Positions 9,691 through 20,302 are shown, counted from the first letter of the stretch. The stretch: DNA of 64,000 nucleotides from Spirochaetia bacterium (GCA_965208575.1 CBDBOV010000004.1:1024001-1088000), one strand, 5' to 3'. Numbers and translations are program-made. The notes: a model not told the origin generated them from the sequence alone.

Positions 9691-10642
9691 CGCCGCCTCC
9701 TGCCTCCTCGTCGCCGAGCATCGCTCCCAACAGCCGCACCATGACCGGACGCGGAATCCGCAAGCCGCGGAAGTCGATGGTGCCCTGTTCCGTGGCCGAC
9801 ACCTCGACCCCGCGCAGCCGCGCCGCGGAGAGCAGGTCGAACTGCCGCAGGAGGGTCACCACCAGCAACCGGGTCAGGGCCACGAACGGCTCCGAGTCGT
9901 CGGCTTCCACCGCGAGCCCCCCCACCAGCGCCACCTCGTCGCCGGCGCTCTCCGGCACGCGCCCGGCCAGCCAGGCCGCCCGCGTGGGCACGCGCGCAGC
10001 CGCCGGGCCGATCGAGGGATCGTACTGTTCGGCCAGGGCGACGGTGTCGGTCAGGTAGGCGAACAGGTGTTCCCCCCTGCGATCGGACGCCGCCGGGTGA
10101 ATCTCCAACGGCGCTCCTTCCAGCGCAATGCGAATCATCTCCCGCACCTCCGGGTCGGAAGGGTCGGCCACGTCGACCAGGTACGGATCGACCCAGAACA
10201 TGAAGATCAGGTCCGGGAACACCAGGATGCCGAACCCGGTAATCGGGTTGCTCCAGTAGTGGCGTACGCCGCTGTCATCCACGGTCTGAAAGGCGAAATC
10301 GCTCAGGTGCAGTTGCCAGCCCATCAGTTGTGCGGGATAGCGGCCCGCGGGCACCAGCGCCAGCGTCGCCCCCCGCTCGTCCGGGCGCAGGGCCAGGACC
10401 AGGCGATCGGTGGAGGCGGACAACGTCTCCGCGTCGGTTTCCACTCCCCGCGGCAACAGCGCGTTCACGTCGAATTGCGCAAACAGGTCGTCGAGCAGCG
10501 GATGGCGCACGGTAACCACGAGCTGTGCATCGGCCGGGGCCGGCCCCACCGCATCGTGCGCCGGGCGCGCCGCCGGCCCGGAGGCGCAGCCGACCGCCAG
10601 CAGGGTGAGCGCCGCGGCGCAGAACTTGCGCCCCCGGCGCAC
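9677..10642 (-). CDS. Hypothetical lipoprotein
   Basis: MRRGRKFCAAALTLLAVGC lipobox; overlaps hisH start; GC3-biased codon usage. Confidence 0.65.
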   Translation of the reverse strand: MRRGRKFCAAALTLLAVGCASGPAARPAHDAVGPAPADAQLVVTVRHPLLDDLFAQFDVNALLPRGVETDAETLSASTDRLVLALRPDERGATLALVPAGRYPAQLMGWQLHLSDFAFQTVDDSGVRHYWSNPITGFGILVFPDLIFMFWVDPYLVDVADPSDPEVREMIRIALEGAPLEIHPAASDRRGEHLFAYLTDTVALAEQYDPSIGPAAARVPTRAAWLAGRVPESAGDEVALVGGLAVEADDSEPFVALTRLLVVTLLRQFDLLSAARLRGVEVSATEQGTIDFRGLRIPRPVMVRLLGAMLGDEEAGGGDAEQ

Positions 10643-10821
10643 CGGCCGGATCCGGGAGCGGCGCGCCGCCGGGACTGCCGCGCCGCGCGGTGCGTACGCG
10701 CCCCGCCACGTGCGGACGGCGCGCCTGAGCGCAGCGCCGAGCAGCCCCTGCCGGGCCCGCGTGCGCCGCCGGGCACGCGCTTCGCCACGGTCGATCCTGG
10801 TGCGAGAAGCAGTGATGCGGA

Positions 10822-10851
10822 TTGACTGATTACGAATGATGGCCGTAAAGT
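10822..10851 (+). promoter_or_regulatory. Putative sigma70 promoter of metXW
   Basis: TTGACT-18 nt-TAAAGT in an AT-richer intergenic patch. Confidence 0.4.
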
Positions 10852-10882
10852 ACCGCTACTTGCCGCGCGTTGGAAGCGTCCG

Positions 10883-12133
10883 TTGGAAGCGTACGCCGCC
10901 ATGAGTGGCCCCGAGGAGGCGCTGCCGCGCCGATTCATTTCTCCACCTATGAGCCCTACTTTGAGATCCAACTCGCCGGTTTCGCAGCCGTGGCAGCATC
11001 CGAATTCGGTCGGCCTGGTGGAGCCGCACGACTTCCGGTTCGCCGAACCGCCCGACCGGATGACGCTGGAGAGCGGGCGGACCCTCGGCCCCGTCAACCT
11101 GCGTTACGAGACGTACGGCGAATTGAACGCCGCCCGCGACAACGCGGTGCTGGTGTTCCACGCCACGTCGGCCAGCCACCACGCGGCCGGCTACCACGCG
11201 CCCGACGACCGCCGCCCCGGCTGGTGGGATCCGATGATCGGCCCCGGCAAGGCGTTCGATACCGACCGGTACCACGTGGTGTGCTCCAACTTCATCGGCG
11301 GCTGTCACGGCAGCACCGGGCCGGCGTCGCTCGATCCCGCAACCGGCAAGCCGTACGGGCTGCAGTTCCCGGTCATCACCATCGGCGACATGGTCACCGC
11401 GCAGCGGGAACTGGTGCGCCACCTCGGCCTGGAGCAGATCTACTGCGTCGCCGGCGGTTCGATGGGCGGCATGCAGGCGCTGGAGTGGGCGGTACGCTTT
11501 CCGGAGATGGTGCAGTCGGCGATCATTCTCGCTTCCACCGCCACCATTTCCGCCCAGGGCATCGCCTTCCACGCCATCGGACGCAACGCGATCACCACCG
11601 ATCCGAGCTGGCACGCCGGCGACTACTACGGGCGCGACCATCCCCGGCGCGGCCTGGCCACGGCGCGCATGGTAGGCCACCTCACCTATCTGTCCGACGA
11701 ATCGCTCGGCAAGCGCTTCGGCCGCAAGCTGCAGGAACGGGACCAGTTCGAATACGGCTTCTCGCACGAGTTCGAGGTGGAAAGCTATCTCGACTACAAG
11801 GGGCGCCAGTTCGCCGACCAGTTCGATGCCAACGCCTACCTGTACATCACCAAGGCGATGGACTACTACGACCTGAACGGTCGCCCCGGCGGGCTTGCCG
11901 CCGCCTTCGGCCCAAGCCGCGCCAAGTTCCTGCTGGTCTCGTTCACCTCCGACTGGCTGTATCCGTCGCGCCAGTCGAAGGCGATCGTCAGCGCCCTCAC
12001 CAAGGCCGGCAACGACGTCTCCTACGTCGAAATCGACAGCCCGCACGGCCACGACTCGTTCCTGATAGAAACCGAGCGCCAGACGCGCATCATCGATTCG
12101 TTCCTGGCCGGCGTGAGGCAGCGCCCGCAATGA
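10883..12133 (+). CDS. metX: Homoserine O-acetyltransferase (start may be at 10901 or 10949)
   Basis: YETYGELN, GWWDPMIGPGK, GGCHGSTGP, GGSMGGMQALEW, FDANAYL, SDWLYP, HGHDSFL. Confidence 0.93.
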   Translation: MEAYAAMSGPEEALPRRFISPPMSPTLRSNSPVSQPWQHPNSVGLVEPHDFRFAEPPDRMTLESGRTLGPVNLRYETYGELNAARDNAVLVFHATSASHHAAGYHAPDDRRPGWWDPMIGPGKAFDTDRYHVVCSNFIGGCHGSTGPASLDPATGKPYGLQFPVITIGDMVTAQRELVRHLGLEQIYCVAGGSMGGMQALEWAVRFPEMVQSAIILASTATISAQGIAFHAIGRNAITTDPSWHAGDYYGRDHPRRGLATARMVGHLTYLSDESLGKRFGRKLQERDQFEYGFSHEFEVESYLDYKGRQFADQFDANAYLYITKAMDYYDLNGRPGGLAAAFGPSRAKFLLVSFTSDWLYPSRQSKAIVSALTKAGNDVSYVEIDSPHGHDSFLIETERQTRIIDSFLAGVRQRPQ

Positions 12134-12840
12134 GCACCCCGCGGTCGGCGCGGCCAGCCAGGCGGGACCAGTCGGCACAGCCAGCCCAGCCGGGCAAATC
12201 GGGCCTGCCGGGCAAGTCAGTGCTGCAGGGCAAGTCAGTGCTGCCGCACATCGACTACGACGAGATCGTCAAGCTGGTGCCGCACGGCAGCAACGTCCTG
12301 GACCTGGGTTGCGGCGACGGCGAGCTGCTGCACCGCCTGATCGCCGCCAAGCAGGTGCGCGGGCGCGGCGTCGACATCGAGGAGTCGATGATCATCGAGA
12401 GCATCTCGCGCGGCATCTCGGTGTTCCAGGGCGACCTGGACGAGGGGCTGCGCGACTACGCAACCGGCAGCTACGAGTACGTCATCCTCAATCAGACGCT
12501 GCAGGCGACGCACCGCCCGCTGCTGGTCCTGGAGGAGATGCTGCGCGTCGGCCGGCACGCCATCGTGTCGTTCCCGAACTTCGGATACTTTCGCGTGCGC
12601 CTGCAATTCCTGTTCAGCGGGAGGATGCCGGTCACGCGCGACCTGCCGTACATGTGGTACAATACCCCCAACATCCACCTGTGTACGCGCAAGGACTTCC
12701 TCGACTACTGCACCGACAAGGGCGTTGCCATTCTCAAGGAGATCGCGATATCGAAGCGCGGCACCATCAGCCCGCTGTTCGCCAACTGGCGCGCCACCGA
12801 GGTGTTGTTCGTGCTGTCCGGCACCGGGGCGCGAAGCTGA
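12130..12840 (+). CDS. metW: Methionine biosynthesis protein MetW
   Basis: VLDLGCGDGELL, QGDLDEGL, VILNQTLQ, SFPNFG, WYNTPNIH; ATGA-coupled to metX. Confidence 0.92.
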   Translation: MSTPRSARPARRDQSAQPAQPGKSGLPGKSVLQGKSVLPHIDYDEIVKLVPHGSNVLDLGCGDGELLHRLIAAKQVRGRGVDIEESMIIESISRGISVFQGDLDEGLRDYATGSYEYVILNQTLQATHRPLLVLEEMLRVGRHAIVSFPNFGYFRVRLQFLFSGRMPVTRDLPYMWYNTPNIHLCTRKDFLDYCTDKGVAILKEIAISKRGTISPLFANWRATEVLFVLSGTGARS

Positions 12841-12863
12841 ACGGACTGAACGGCCCGCACGCT

Positions 12864-12893
12864 TTGACCCGCCGGCGCGCCTCTTGCTATACT
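12864..12893 (+). promoter_or_regulatory. Sigma70 promoter of the infC-rpmI-rplT operon (extended -10)
   Basis: TTGACC (12864-12869), 18-nt spacer, TGcTATACT (12885-12893). Confidence 0.65.
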
Positions 12894-13000
12894 GACTCCG
12901 GTCGGGGGAGCCGCGCAGGCGGTCCACCGGCGCAGATAAGATGAGCAATCCGGCGCGGACGAGTACCCCGCAGAGTACCGGCGCGTCCTGAGGAGGTCGA

Positions 13001-13603
13001 TTGGCCGAACGCAGACTGAGAATAAACGACATGATTCGCGTTCCGGAAGTGCGGCTCATCAGCGAAGATGGGCGGCAGGCGGGCGTGATCGCGACCGAGC
13101 AGGCCATGGAGTTGGCGCGCAACGAGGGCTTGGACCTGGTAGAGGTGTCCCCGATGGCGCGGCCGCCGGTATGCAAGATACTCGACTACGGCAAGTACAA
13201 GTTCGAACAGGAGAAGCGAATCAAGGAGTCGAAGCGCAAGCAGAAGCTTGGCAAGCTCAAGGAGATTCGCATGCAGCCCAAGATCGAGAAGCACGACCTG
13301 CAGTTCAAGGCCCGGCAGGTGCGGCAATTCCTTGAAGAGGGCAACAAGGTGAAGGTCACGATCCGGTTTCGCGGGCGTGAACTCGCCCATACCGAAATCG
13401 GGCGTGGGGTGCTTGGCCGGATCCTCGATATCCTGGCGGACTTTGCCGTACTGGAGCGCCGGCCGCAGATGGAAGGCCGGTTCATGTCGATGTTTCTCAG
13501 CCCCGGCGCAGCCGCCAAGGCGGTAGCCCGGGCAGCCGCCAACGCGGCTCCCGTGCCTCAGCCAAGAAGAGAGACGAACCGTGCCAAAAATCAAAACGCG
13601 TAA
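13001..13603 (+). CDS. infC: Translation initiation factor IF-3
   Basis: [46 protein letters not shown]; TTG start after GAGGAGG. Confidence 0.96.
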   Translation: MAERRLRINDMIRVPEVRLISEDGRQAGVIATEQAMELARNEGLDLVEVSPMARPPVCKILDYGKYKFEQEKRIKESKRKQKLGKLKEIRMQPKIEKHDLQFKARQVRQFLEEGNKVKVTIRFRGRELAHTEIGRGVLGRILDILADFAVLERRPQMEGRFMSMFLSPGAAAKAVARAAANAAPVPQPRRETNRAKNQNA

Positions 13604-13781
13604 GAGCGCCGCGAAACGGTATTCGATCACCGGCAGCGGCAAGGTCAAGTACAAGAAGCAGGGACTGCGGCATATCCTCACCAAGAAGGGCCGCAAGCGG
13701 AAGAGGAAGCTGCGCCAGGCCGCGATCATCAGTCCCGCGGAAGCCCGGCGTGCGAAGCAACTGGTCCCGTACGCTCGGTGA
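13581..13781 (+). CDS. rpmI: 50S ribosomal protein L35
   Basis: [23 protein letters not shown]...HILTKK. Confidence 0.96.
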   Translation: MPKIKTRKSAAKRYSITGSGKVKYKKQGLRHILTKKGRKRKRKLRQAAIISPAEARRAKQLVPYAR

Positions 13782-13872
13782 GCGTATTGTTGACGGACGC
13801 CGTCGACCGCGGTTCGCGGAAGCGCGGATTCGTGCCGTCCTGAACACACTACAGCAGGAAGAGAGGTAGTCC

Positions 13873-14253
13873 ATGCCGAGAGCCGGGAGCGGGCGTCGTC
13901 ATGCCCGCCGGCGCAAGATCCTCAAGTCAGCCAAGGGCTACTGGGGGCGCCGAAGCAAGTTGTTCCGACCCGCCAAGGACGCGGTGGCGAAGGCACTCGT
14001 CTACTCCTACCGCGACCGGCGGCGGCGCAAGAGAGAGTTCCGCACGTTGTGGATCGCGCGGATTTCGGCAGCGTGCCGGGAGCGGGGCACGCGCTACTCC
14101 GAGTTCATGCATGGTCTGACGCTCGCTCAGGTGAACCTGGACCGCAAGGCGCTGTCCAACCTGGCGATTCAGGATCCGGATGCGTTCGCCGAGTTGGTGC
14201 AGGTCGCCCGGGGCGCGATTCAGGGCCGTCAGGAGACGGCGAGCACGACATGA
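13873..14253 (+). CDS. rplT: 50S ribosomal protein L20
   Basis: AKGYWGRRS, YRDRRRRKREFRTLWIARI, LDRKALSNLA. Confidence 0.96.
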   Translation: MPRAGSGRRHARRRKILKSAKGYWGRRSKLFRPAKDAVAKALVYSYRDRRRRKREFRTLWIARISAACRERGTRYSEFMHGLTLAQVNLDRKALSNLAIQDPDAFAELVQVARGAIQGRQETASTT

Positions 14254-14720
14254 GCACGGTCGAACAGATTCACCACCTGGAGAGCCGGGTAGACCGGCTC
14301 CTGGCCATGCTGCGCGAGCTGCGGTCCGACAACGACTCGCTGCGCGGCGAGCTGGCGGCCACCGAGGAGCGCGCGGCCGAACTGGACCGCCGGTTGGCCG
14401 AGTCCGATACGGCTCGGCAGGAGGCAGACCGCAGAGGCGACGAGTTGCAGCAGCGGCTGAACGCCCTGCTCGCCGAGCAGGAGGAGATCGAGGCCACCAT
14501 CAACCGCACGCTCGCCCAACTCGGCAATCTGGAGATCGGCGCCGCCGGCGAACCGGATGGCGATGCCGGCTCCGAGGCGGAATCGGAAGCGGAACCAGCC
14601 GAGGACGATGCCGAACCGGCGCCCATGCACGACGGAGATCCCGCTGCCGATGAACCGGGCGCGGACGAACCGGAGGCCGATGCCAACAAGAGAGAGGGCG
14701 ACGATCTCGACATTTTCTGA
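14250..14720 (+). CDS. Coiled-coil cell division protein ZapB-like
   Basis: MSTVEQIHHLESRVDRLL.. coiled coil with acidic tail ending LDIF; lies between rplT and zapA. Confidence 0.7.
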   Translation: MSTVEQIHHLESRVDRLLAMLRELRSDNDSLRGELAATEERAAELDRRLAESDTARQEADRRGDELQQRLNALLAEQEEIEATINRTLAQLGNLEIGAAGEPDGDAGSEAESEAEPAEDDAEPAPMHDGDPAADEPGADEPEADANKREGDDLDIF

Positions 14721-14740
14721 GTAGCGTTGAGCTAGAGGCG

Positions 14741-15136
14741 ATGGCGGAGCATCTTACCCACGTGGAGCTGTTAGGGACCTCGTTCACTATCCGAAGCGAG
14801 GAGGATCCCGCCTATCTCAACGAGGTAATGACCTACTACCGTGAGCGGCTCGAAGCCACCGCCGCCCTGGTCTCCTGGAGCGACCCGCTCAAGGTGTCCA
14901 TTGTCGCCGCGCTCAACGTGGTCGACGAACTGTTCAAGGAGCGCATGATCAACGGAACGGCGACCGAGGAGGCGCGCAAGACCGGCGAGGTAGCCTCGCG
15001 GCTGATCGGGCAGATCGACCGGGCGCTGAATCCGCCGCAAGACGCGGCCGCACCCGCCCCCGTGCCACCCGTGGCAGGCGGCACTCCGGAGCCCGCTCCG
15101 CGGTCGGACCCGCCCGGCTCCACCGGCCCACCGTAG
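14741..15136 (+). CDS. zapA: Cell division protein ZapA
   Basis: VELLGTSFTIRSEEDPAYL...KVSIVAALNVVDELF. Confidence 0.85.
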   Translation: MAEHLTHVELLGTSFTIRSEEDPAYLNEVMTYYRERLEATAALVSWSDPLKVSIVAALNVVDELFKERMINGTATEEARKTGEVASRLIGQIDRALNPPQDAAAPAPVPPVAGGTPEPAPRSDPPGSTGPP

Positions 15137-15236
15137 CTGCCACACCCGTCCAGGCGGCGCGCGAGTCGCAGCCGGGCCGTGGCAACCACAGCCGGGCTGT
15201 GGCAAGCACAGACGACGAGTAGTATCTTCTCACTCA

Positions 15237-16384
15237 TGGCAGAGAGTGACGCGTCGCATCCGCTCGCGCGCATCGCGTACATTTCGCTCCCGGAAGACTT
15301 CAACTATGAGTTCGCGGAGTTCCGGGTAGACCCGGCGGTCGCGCTGCCAATCGAGCTGGAACCCCACGTCACGTCGGTGAGCCCGGAGGACGTTACCTGG
15401 GACGCCACCATCGCCGCCATGCTCAAGGTCCTGGCCTACCATCCGCACCATGACGATGCTGCCTACTTCCGCCGCTTCATCCGCGCCGCCAAGCCGACCG
15501 TTGCCGCGGAGCTGACCGAGGCGGGCATCATCAAGGCGCACAACGGCGACTTCGCAATTGCCGAGGAACTGTTCCTGGCGCTGACCGGGCTGAATCCCGA
15601 CGACACCAGCGCCGGCCTCAACCTCGCTTTCGCATACGAGCAGCACGCGCAAGCCGTCGAGCGGACGGTCACCGAGGAGGCGGCGGAGAATGCCGACACC
15701 GCGGACGGATTGCGCCGCAGCGCGGAGCGCGCCTACTTTCGGGTGCTGGACCTCGATCCGCTGCATGCCGATACCCACATCAACCTGGCCCACTTCTACC
15801 TGGGCCAACGCCGCTACGCCGATGCGCGCCCGCATCTCGAAGTGTACGTCCGGCACGGCAAGGACGACGAGCAACGCGCCGACGCACAACGGATCCTGCG
15901 CCAGATGTCCAGTGACGGGCTGGCGGACGACAGCTTCCGGGCTGCCTACGAACTGATACGCGACGGCTCCGAGGCGGAGGGGCTGCGCAAGATCGAGCGG
16001 TTTCTCGACCTCCACCCGGATGTCTGGCAGGCGCACTTCCTGCGTGGCTGGGGCCTGCGGCGCAGCGGCGCGTTCGCGGAAGCCAAGCTTGCATTCGAGA
16101 CCGTCCTGGCGCAGGGTCGGGAGGCGGATGCCGCGGGCCTGGCGGACACCCACAACGAGCTGGCGATCTGCAACCTCGAGCTGCGCTGCTACGACGATGC
16201 GGAACGCAACCTGCGCTCGGCATTGCAACTCGACCCCGAGAACACCAAGATCATCTCCAACATGGGGATCCTCGCAATGAAACAGGGCCGCCTTGACGAC
16301 GCCCGCCGTTACTTCGCCACCATCCGCGAGTTGGATCCCAACGACCCGCTGGCGCCCAGGTATCTGCACCAGCTCGGAGCGTAG
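15237..16384 (+). CDS. Tetratricopeptide repeat protein
   Basis: Several TPR-like units (VWQAHFLRGWGLRR, NELAICNLEL, DPENTKIISNMGIL). Confidence 0.8.
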
Positions 16385-16390
16385 CGACCC

Positions 16391-17455
16391 GTGGTGATCG
16401 AGACCGCCCGGCAGCTCCTGGCAGCCGCACTGGCGGCGGGCCATTTCGAGGTGATGTGGTGGGGCGGCGCGGCAATCGCCGCTCTCCTCGTGGGACTGGT
16501 TGCCGGCGGCACGAGCGGCAGCACGCAGCGGCACCGGCCGGCGCGGCACGCGGCACGCGCGGCGGGCCTCACCCGCGCGGAAGCGCGGGTGTTGCATCAC
16601 CTCGCGCGCGCCGGCCACCTCCGCCAGGAGAGCGAGCTGTTCCGCGACCGCGCCCTGCTCGACGGCGTCCTGCAGCGCGGGACCGCTGCTCTGCGCGGCG
16701 CCGGTTCGGCGGACCGCGCCCGCTACCGCCACCGGCTGGCCGTGCTGCTGTCCATCAAGGCGCGGGTGGCTGCCGGCGGCGCCGCCTCGATCCGCTCGCT
16801 GTCTCCGTTCCAGGAAGGCGCGCGCATCACGCTCGCGCGGGCCACGATGCCGAGCATCGAAACCAGTCTGATCGCCGGCGTCGGCGACGAACTCGCGTGC
16901 GCCGTGCCGCAGGACCAGGCCGCACCGGCGCCGCTGCGTGCCGGCATGCAGATCATGGTCCGGCCGGCGTCGCCCGCCGGCGGCGAGGCCGGTGTCGTCG
17001 CCACCGTGCTCGGCCACGCCTGGGTGGCCGGCCGGCGCGCCCTGCTGGTCACGCGCCGCACCACGCCGGCCGCAACCGCTCGTCCGCGCGGCGGCAGGCG
17101 GCGCTGCGAGATTACCCCGCTGACGGTCGAACCTCCGCTTCCCGCGGGGCCGCGCGCGACACCACGCGGGCCGCGCGATGCGACGGTGGCGGGCACGCTG
17201 GTGTCGCTCGATGCCCAGTGGGCCGGGGTCCGCTCGGTGGCGCCGGTGGCCGCCGGCCGCCTGGTGAGACTGGTGCTTCAACTCGGCAAGGCGGTGAGGC
17301 TTCCGCTGTACGGCAAGGTGGTGCAGTCGCCGCGCCGCGGCACCGCGGGTGTGATGCTGGTGCACCTGACCGGCCTGTCGCGCAGCCGCATCGGCGACCT
17401 GTACCGCTTCGTCGACGAGTGCTGGTCCGCCGCCGGCGCCAGGCCCGGCCGCTGA
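16391..17455 (+). CDS. Hypothetical membrane-anchored protein, possibly PilZ-like C-terminus
   Basis: N-terminal TM; RxxxR-like RGGRRR and terminal LYGKVV...GVMLV..IGDLYRFV; operonic position between the TPR gene and tsaE. Confidence 0.5.
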   Translation: MVIETARQLLAAALAAGHFEVMWWGGAAIAALLVGLVAGGTSGSTQRHRPARHAARAAGLTRAEARVLHHLARAGHLRQESELFRDRALLDGVLQRGTAALRGAGSADRARYRHRLAVLLSIKARVAAGGAASIRSLSPFQEGARITLARATMPSIETSLIAGVGDELACAVPQDQAAPAPLRAGMQIMVRPASPAGGEAGVVATVLGHAWVAGRRALLVTRRTTPAATARPRGGRRRCEITPLTVEPPLPAGPRATPRGPRDATVAGTLVSLDAQWAGVRSVAPVAAGRLVRLVLQLGKAVRLPLYGKVVQSPRRGTAGVMLVHLTGLSRSRIGDLYRFVDECWSAAGARPGR

Positions 17456-17458
17456 CCC

Positions 17459-17932
17459 ATGGATCGCACGACCTGCACGGTGTGCACCACCGAGCAGCAC
17501 ACCATGGCGGCCGGCGAGGCGCTCGCCGCTCGCCTGCGCGACCGCCTCGCCGCCCGGCGCGGAGCCGTGATTGCGCTGCACGGCGACCTCGGCGCAGGCA
17601 AGACCACCTTCGCCAAGGGCGTCGCGCGCGGGCTCGGCATCCACGAGGCGGTCACCAGCCCGACCTACCAACTGGTGCTGGAGTATGAATCTCCGCACGA
17701 CGCGCCGCTGCCCCTGACCCTGTACCACATCGACCTGTACCGCATCGACGCGGCCGTGCAGCTCGCATCGCTGGCCCTGGACGACTTCATCCATGGCTCG
17801 GGGGTGACGCTCGTCGAGTGGCCGGAGCGAGCCGGCGACACTCTGCCGGACGATACCATTCGCGTGCGCATCGATATCGAGGACGACATGCGCCGCCGCA
17901 TCGAGATTACCGAATCGGGGCCGCCGCCATGA
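17459..17932 (+). CDS. tsaE: tRNA threonylcarbamoyladenosine biosynthesis ATPase
   Basis: LHGDLGAGKTTFAKG, VTSPTY, YHIDLYR, VEWPE. Confidence 0.95.
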   Translation: MDRTTCTVCTTEQHTMAAGEALAARLRDRLAARRGAVIALHGDLGAGKTTFAKGVARGLGIHEAVTSPTYQLVLEYESPHDAPLPLTLYHIDLYRIDAAVQLASLALDDFIHGSGVTLVEWPERAGDTLPDDTIRVRIDIEDDMRRRIEITESGPPP

Positions 17933-18750
17933 CCGTGATCGCGTTCGATACCACCACCGAAACGCTGGCCGTGGCGGCCGCACGCGGCGACGACTGGGTC
18001 GCGCACTCCTGCCACAGCGGACTGAAGCACGCCACCCTGCTCGCTCCGCTCATCGAACAGGTTACCGGCGAGTTGGGCGTGCGCGTGGCGGAGGTCGACC
18101 TGGTGGCGGTCGGCATCGGCCCCGGGTCGTTCACCGGGGTGCGCATCGGCGTGGCCACCGCGAAGGGCATCGCGGCCGCGGGCCGTGCGCGGCTGGCCGG
18201 CATCTGCGGACTGGATGCCATGGCCTGGGACCAACGCCACGCCGGCGGCCTGGTAGTACCGCTGATCGATGCCCGCAAGCGCCGCTTCTACGCCGCCTGC
18301 TACCGCGACGGCCGCCGTGCCGGCCCCTACCTGGACCAGGCGCCGGCAGCGCTCGCGGAAACGGTGCGCGCCACCGCGGCGGACGGCGAACCGGTCCTGC
18401 TCACCGGCCCGGCGGCCGGCCAGTTCGCGGCGGCCCTGCAGCCGCCTCAGGCGGAGCGTGAACGTGCTGAACCGCTCCCGGGTGACCGGCCCGGCACGCG
18501 GCGCCGTGCGCGCAACCCGGCGGCGCATTCCAGCGAACAGTCTGCCCGCACCGCGGCCGCCGCCGCGGCGGCCGCCAACGCTCGCTCGCCCGGCGCTGGC
18601 TGGCGCATCGACCGCCGCCACGCCCAGGTTCCGGTACTCGCCATGCTGGAGTTGGCCGAACGCAACCTGGTCGACGCTCCCGCGGATCTGAATCCGCTGT
18701 ACCTGCGCCGCAGCGAGGCGGAGCTGGGCATCACCGGCCCGGCTCGGTGA
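17929..18750 (+). CDS. tsaB: tRNA threonylcarbamoyltransferase complex subunit
   Basis: IAFDTTTE, GIGPGSFTGVRIG, IDARKRRFY, PLYLRRSEAE. Confidence 0.92.
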   Translation: MTVIAFDTTTETLAVAAARGDDWVAHSCHSGLKHATLLAPLIEQVTGELGVRVAEVDLVAVGIGPGSFTGVRIGVATAKGIAAAGRARLAGICGLDAMAWDQRHAGGLVVPLIDARKRRFYAACYRDGRRAGPYLDQAPAALAETVRATAADGEPVLLTGPAAGQFAAALQPPQAERERAEPLPGDRPGTRRRARNPAAHSSEQSARTAAAAAAAANARSPGAGWRIDRRHAQVPVLAMLELAERNLVDAPADLNPLYLRRSEAELGITGPAR

Positions 18751-18768
18751 ACCCGCGGGCGCCGCGCG

Positions 18769-20208
18769 CTACTCGGCGGCGCCGGCGAGACCGTCGAGCA
18801 GGCGCGCCACCTGGCCGCGCGACACCATGAATTCGGCCACCCCCTCGCGCACGACGGCGTAGAACTGCCGGTCATAGGGCACCAGCGCCACCGACTGCCG
18901 CTCGTCCGGCGTGTTCATGAGGTACGTGATGCGCACCTCCGGCTGCGCCGCCAACACCGCCGCCTGATCTTCGCGCGGCAACGCCGCATCGCCGAGCAAG
19001 CCGATAATGAGCTGGTACAGCTCGCGAAACGGCTTGTCCTCCATCGGCGCGCCGTCGATCGTGAAGCGCTCCACCAGGTCGTCACCCGAGCCGGTTCGTT
19101 CGATGGTGAGCCGGTAGCTGCCGCCGGGGTGGTCGATCTCGACGGCGTCCACCGACTCGATGTTCAGGATCAGCACGAACTTGTCCACCAGCGCAAAGGG
19201 ATCCAGGTCGAGCACGCCGGCGCGCGACCGCTGCATCGCATACACCGTGCTGCGTCCCTGCACCTGGAAGAACACCTCCCCGTCGCGCTCGTCACCGAAC
19301 AGCAGTGCCAGTTCGGCGCCCTCGGTGTCGCGCGCCAGCAGCTCGTAACGCGGCGGCGCCAGTCCGTAGTCGGCGGCGGCTCCCGCGTCGTCGCTCACGA
19401 TGCGGTCGATGCGCGGTGTCCCGAGCGCCGCCTGCACCTTGGCGAACTCCTCGCTGTCGATGGCGCGCGGAAATGCGTACGGCTGAATGATCGCCAGCCG
19501 GGTCAGCAGGTGGGCGAAGCGGGTGTCGAGCGGGTTGGTTTCCACGATCTCCAGGGTCTCGACTCCGGGACCCTGCAGGCGCAGGTAGCTGAACGCCTCG
19601 CCGTTGACCGTGGGCAACTCGTCGCCGCGCATGTCGGAGGCCGTGTAGTAGTAGTGGTTGCCGTGGTTGGTCCACACCGCGTACACGACGCGCTCACCCG
19701 GCACCCCCAGGTACCAAGTGTTGCCCGCCGGCGTGCGGTCGCCGAGGTGCGCCTCGATGGTGCTGCCGTCGTCGAGCGTGGCAACCGCCACCACGGCGGG
19801 CGGATCGAGCCCGTACTGCGTCAGGTCGGCGGCGTCCTCTTCGATCACCCGCTCCGCGTACAGGCTGCCGAAGCTGTACAGAATGTCCTTGATCCGCGAT
19901 TCCTTGATCGGGATGTCGCCGTTCATCCCGTCGATCTGCCAGCCCGACTCGGTCCGCCGCATGTTGAACGGCTGCTCGCGGCCCGGCCCGGCCAGCGAGA
20001 CGGCGGTGATGCGTTCGATGTCGACGCGCGATATTTCCGGCTTGCCCGGCGTCGGTTCCGCCTCCGGGACCTGCGGCGGGCGGTTGCGCACCACGGTCAG
20101 GGTCACCACCAGCGCGGCGACCCCCACCACCATGGCGGCGAGGATCGCCAGCCGCCGCAGCCCGCCGCGGCCGGCGTCCCGCGAGTGCTCCTTCGTCGCC
20201 TCGCTCAT
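18769..20208 (-). CDS. DUF4340-domain membrane-anchored protein
   Basis: N-terminal TM; two YGL.PP repeats; follows the GldG-like gene. Confidence 0.75.
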   Translation of the reverse strand: MSEATKEHSRDAGRGGLRRLAILAAMVVGVAALVVTLTVVRNRPPQVPEAEPTPGKPEISRVDIERITAVSLAGPGREQPFNMRRTESGWQIDGMNGDIPIKESRIKDILYSFGSLYAERVIEEDAADLTQYGLDPPAVVAVATLDDGSTIEAHLGDRTPAGNTWYLGVPGERVVYAVWTNHGNHYYYTASDMRGDELPTVNGEAFSYLRLQGPGVETLEIVETNPLDTRFAHLLTRLAIIQPYAFPRAIDSEEFAKVQAALGTPRIDRIVSDDAGAAADYGLAPPRYELLARDTEGAELALLFGDERDGEVFFQVQGRSTVYAMQRSRAGVLDLDPFALVDKFVLILNIESVDAVEIDHPGGSYRLTIERTGSGDDLVERFTIDGAPMEDKPFRELYQLIIGLLGDAALPREDQAAVLAAQPEVRITYLMNTPDERQSVALVPYDRQFYAVVREGVAEFMVSRGQVARLLDGLAGAAE

Positions 20209-20302
20209 GCGCGCTGCTCTGGTCCGAACAAGCCGGCTGGTGGGCGATGCTCGGGCATAGGTTTCATCGTCTTCCCTGTCACGGAGTGACCGTACAGACT
20301 CT

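Noticed and set aside
12894-13000. L20 leader RNA upstream of infC
   Set aside because: The position fits, but I cannot match the consensus by eye; needs an Infernal search.
15137-15236. 6S RNA downstream of zapA
   Set aside because: The gap is only about 100 nt and no recognisable 6S structure is visible.
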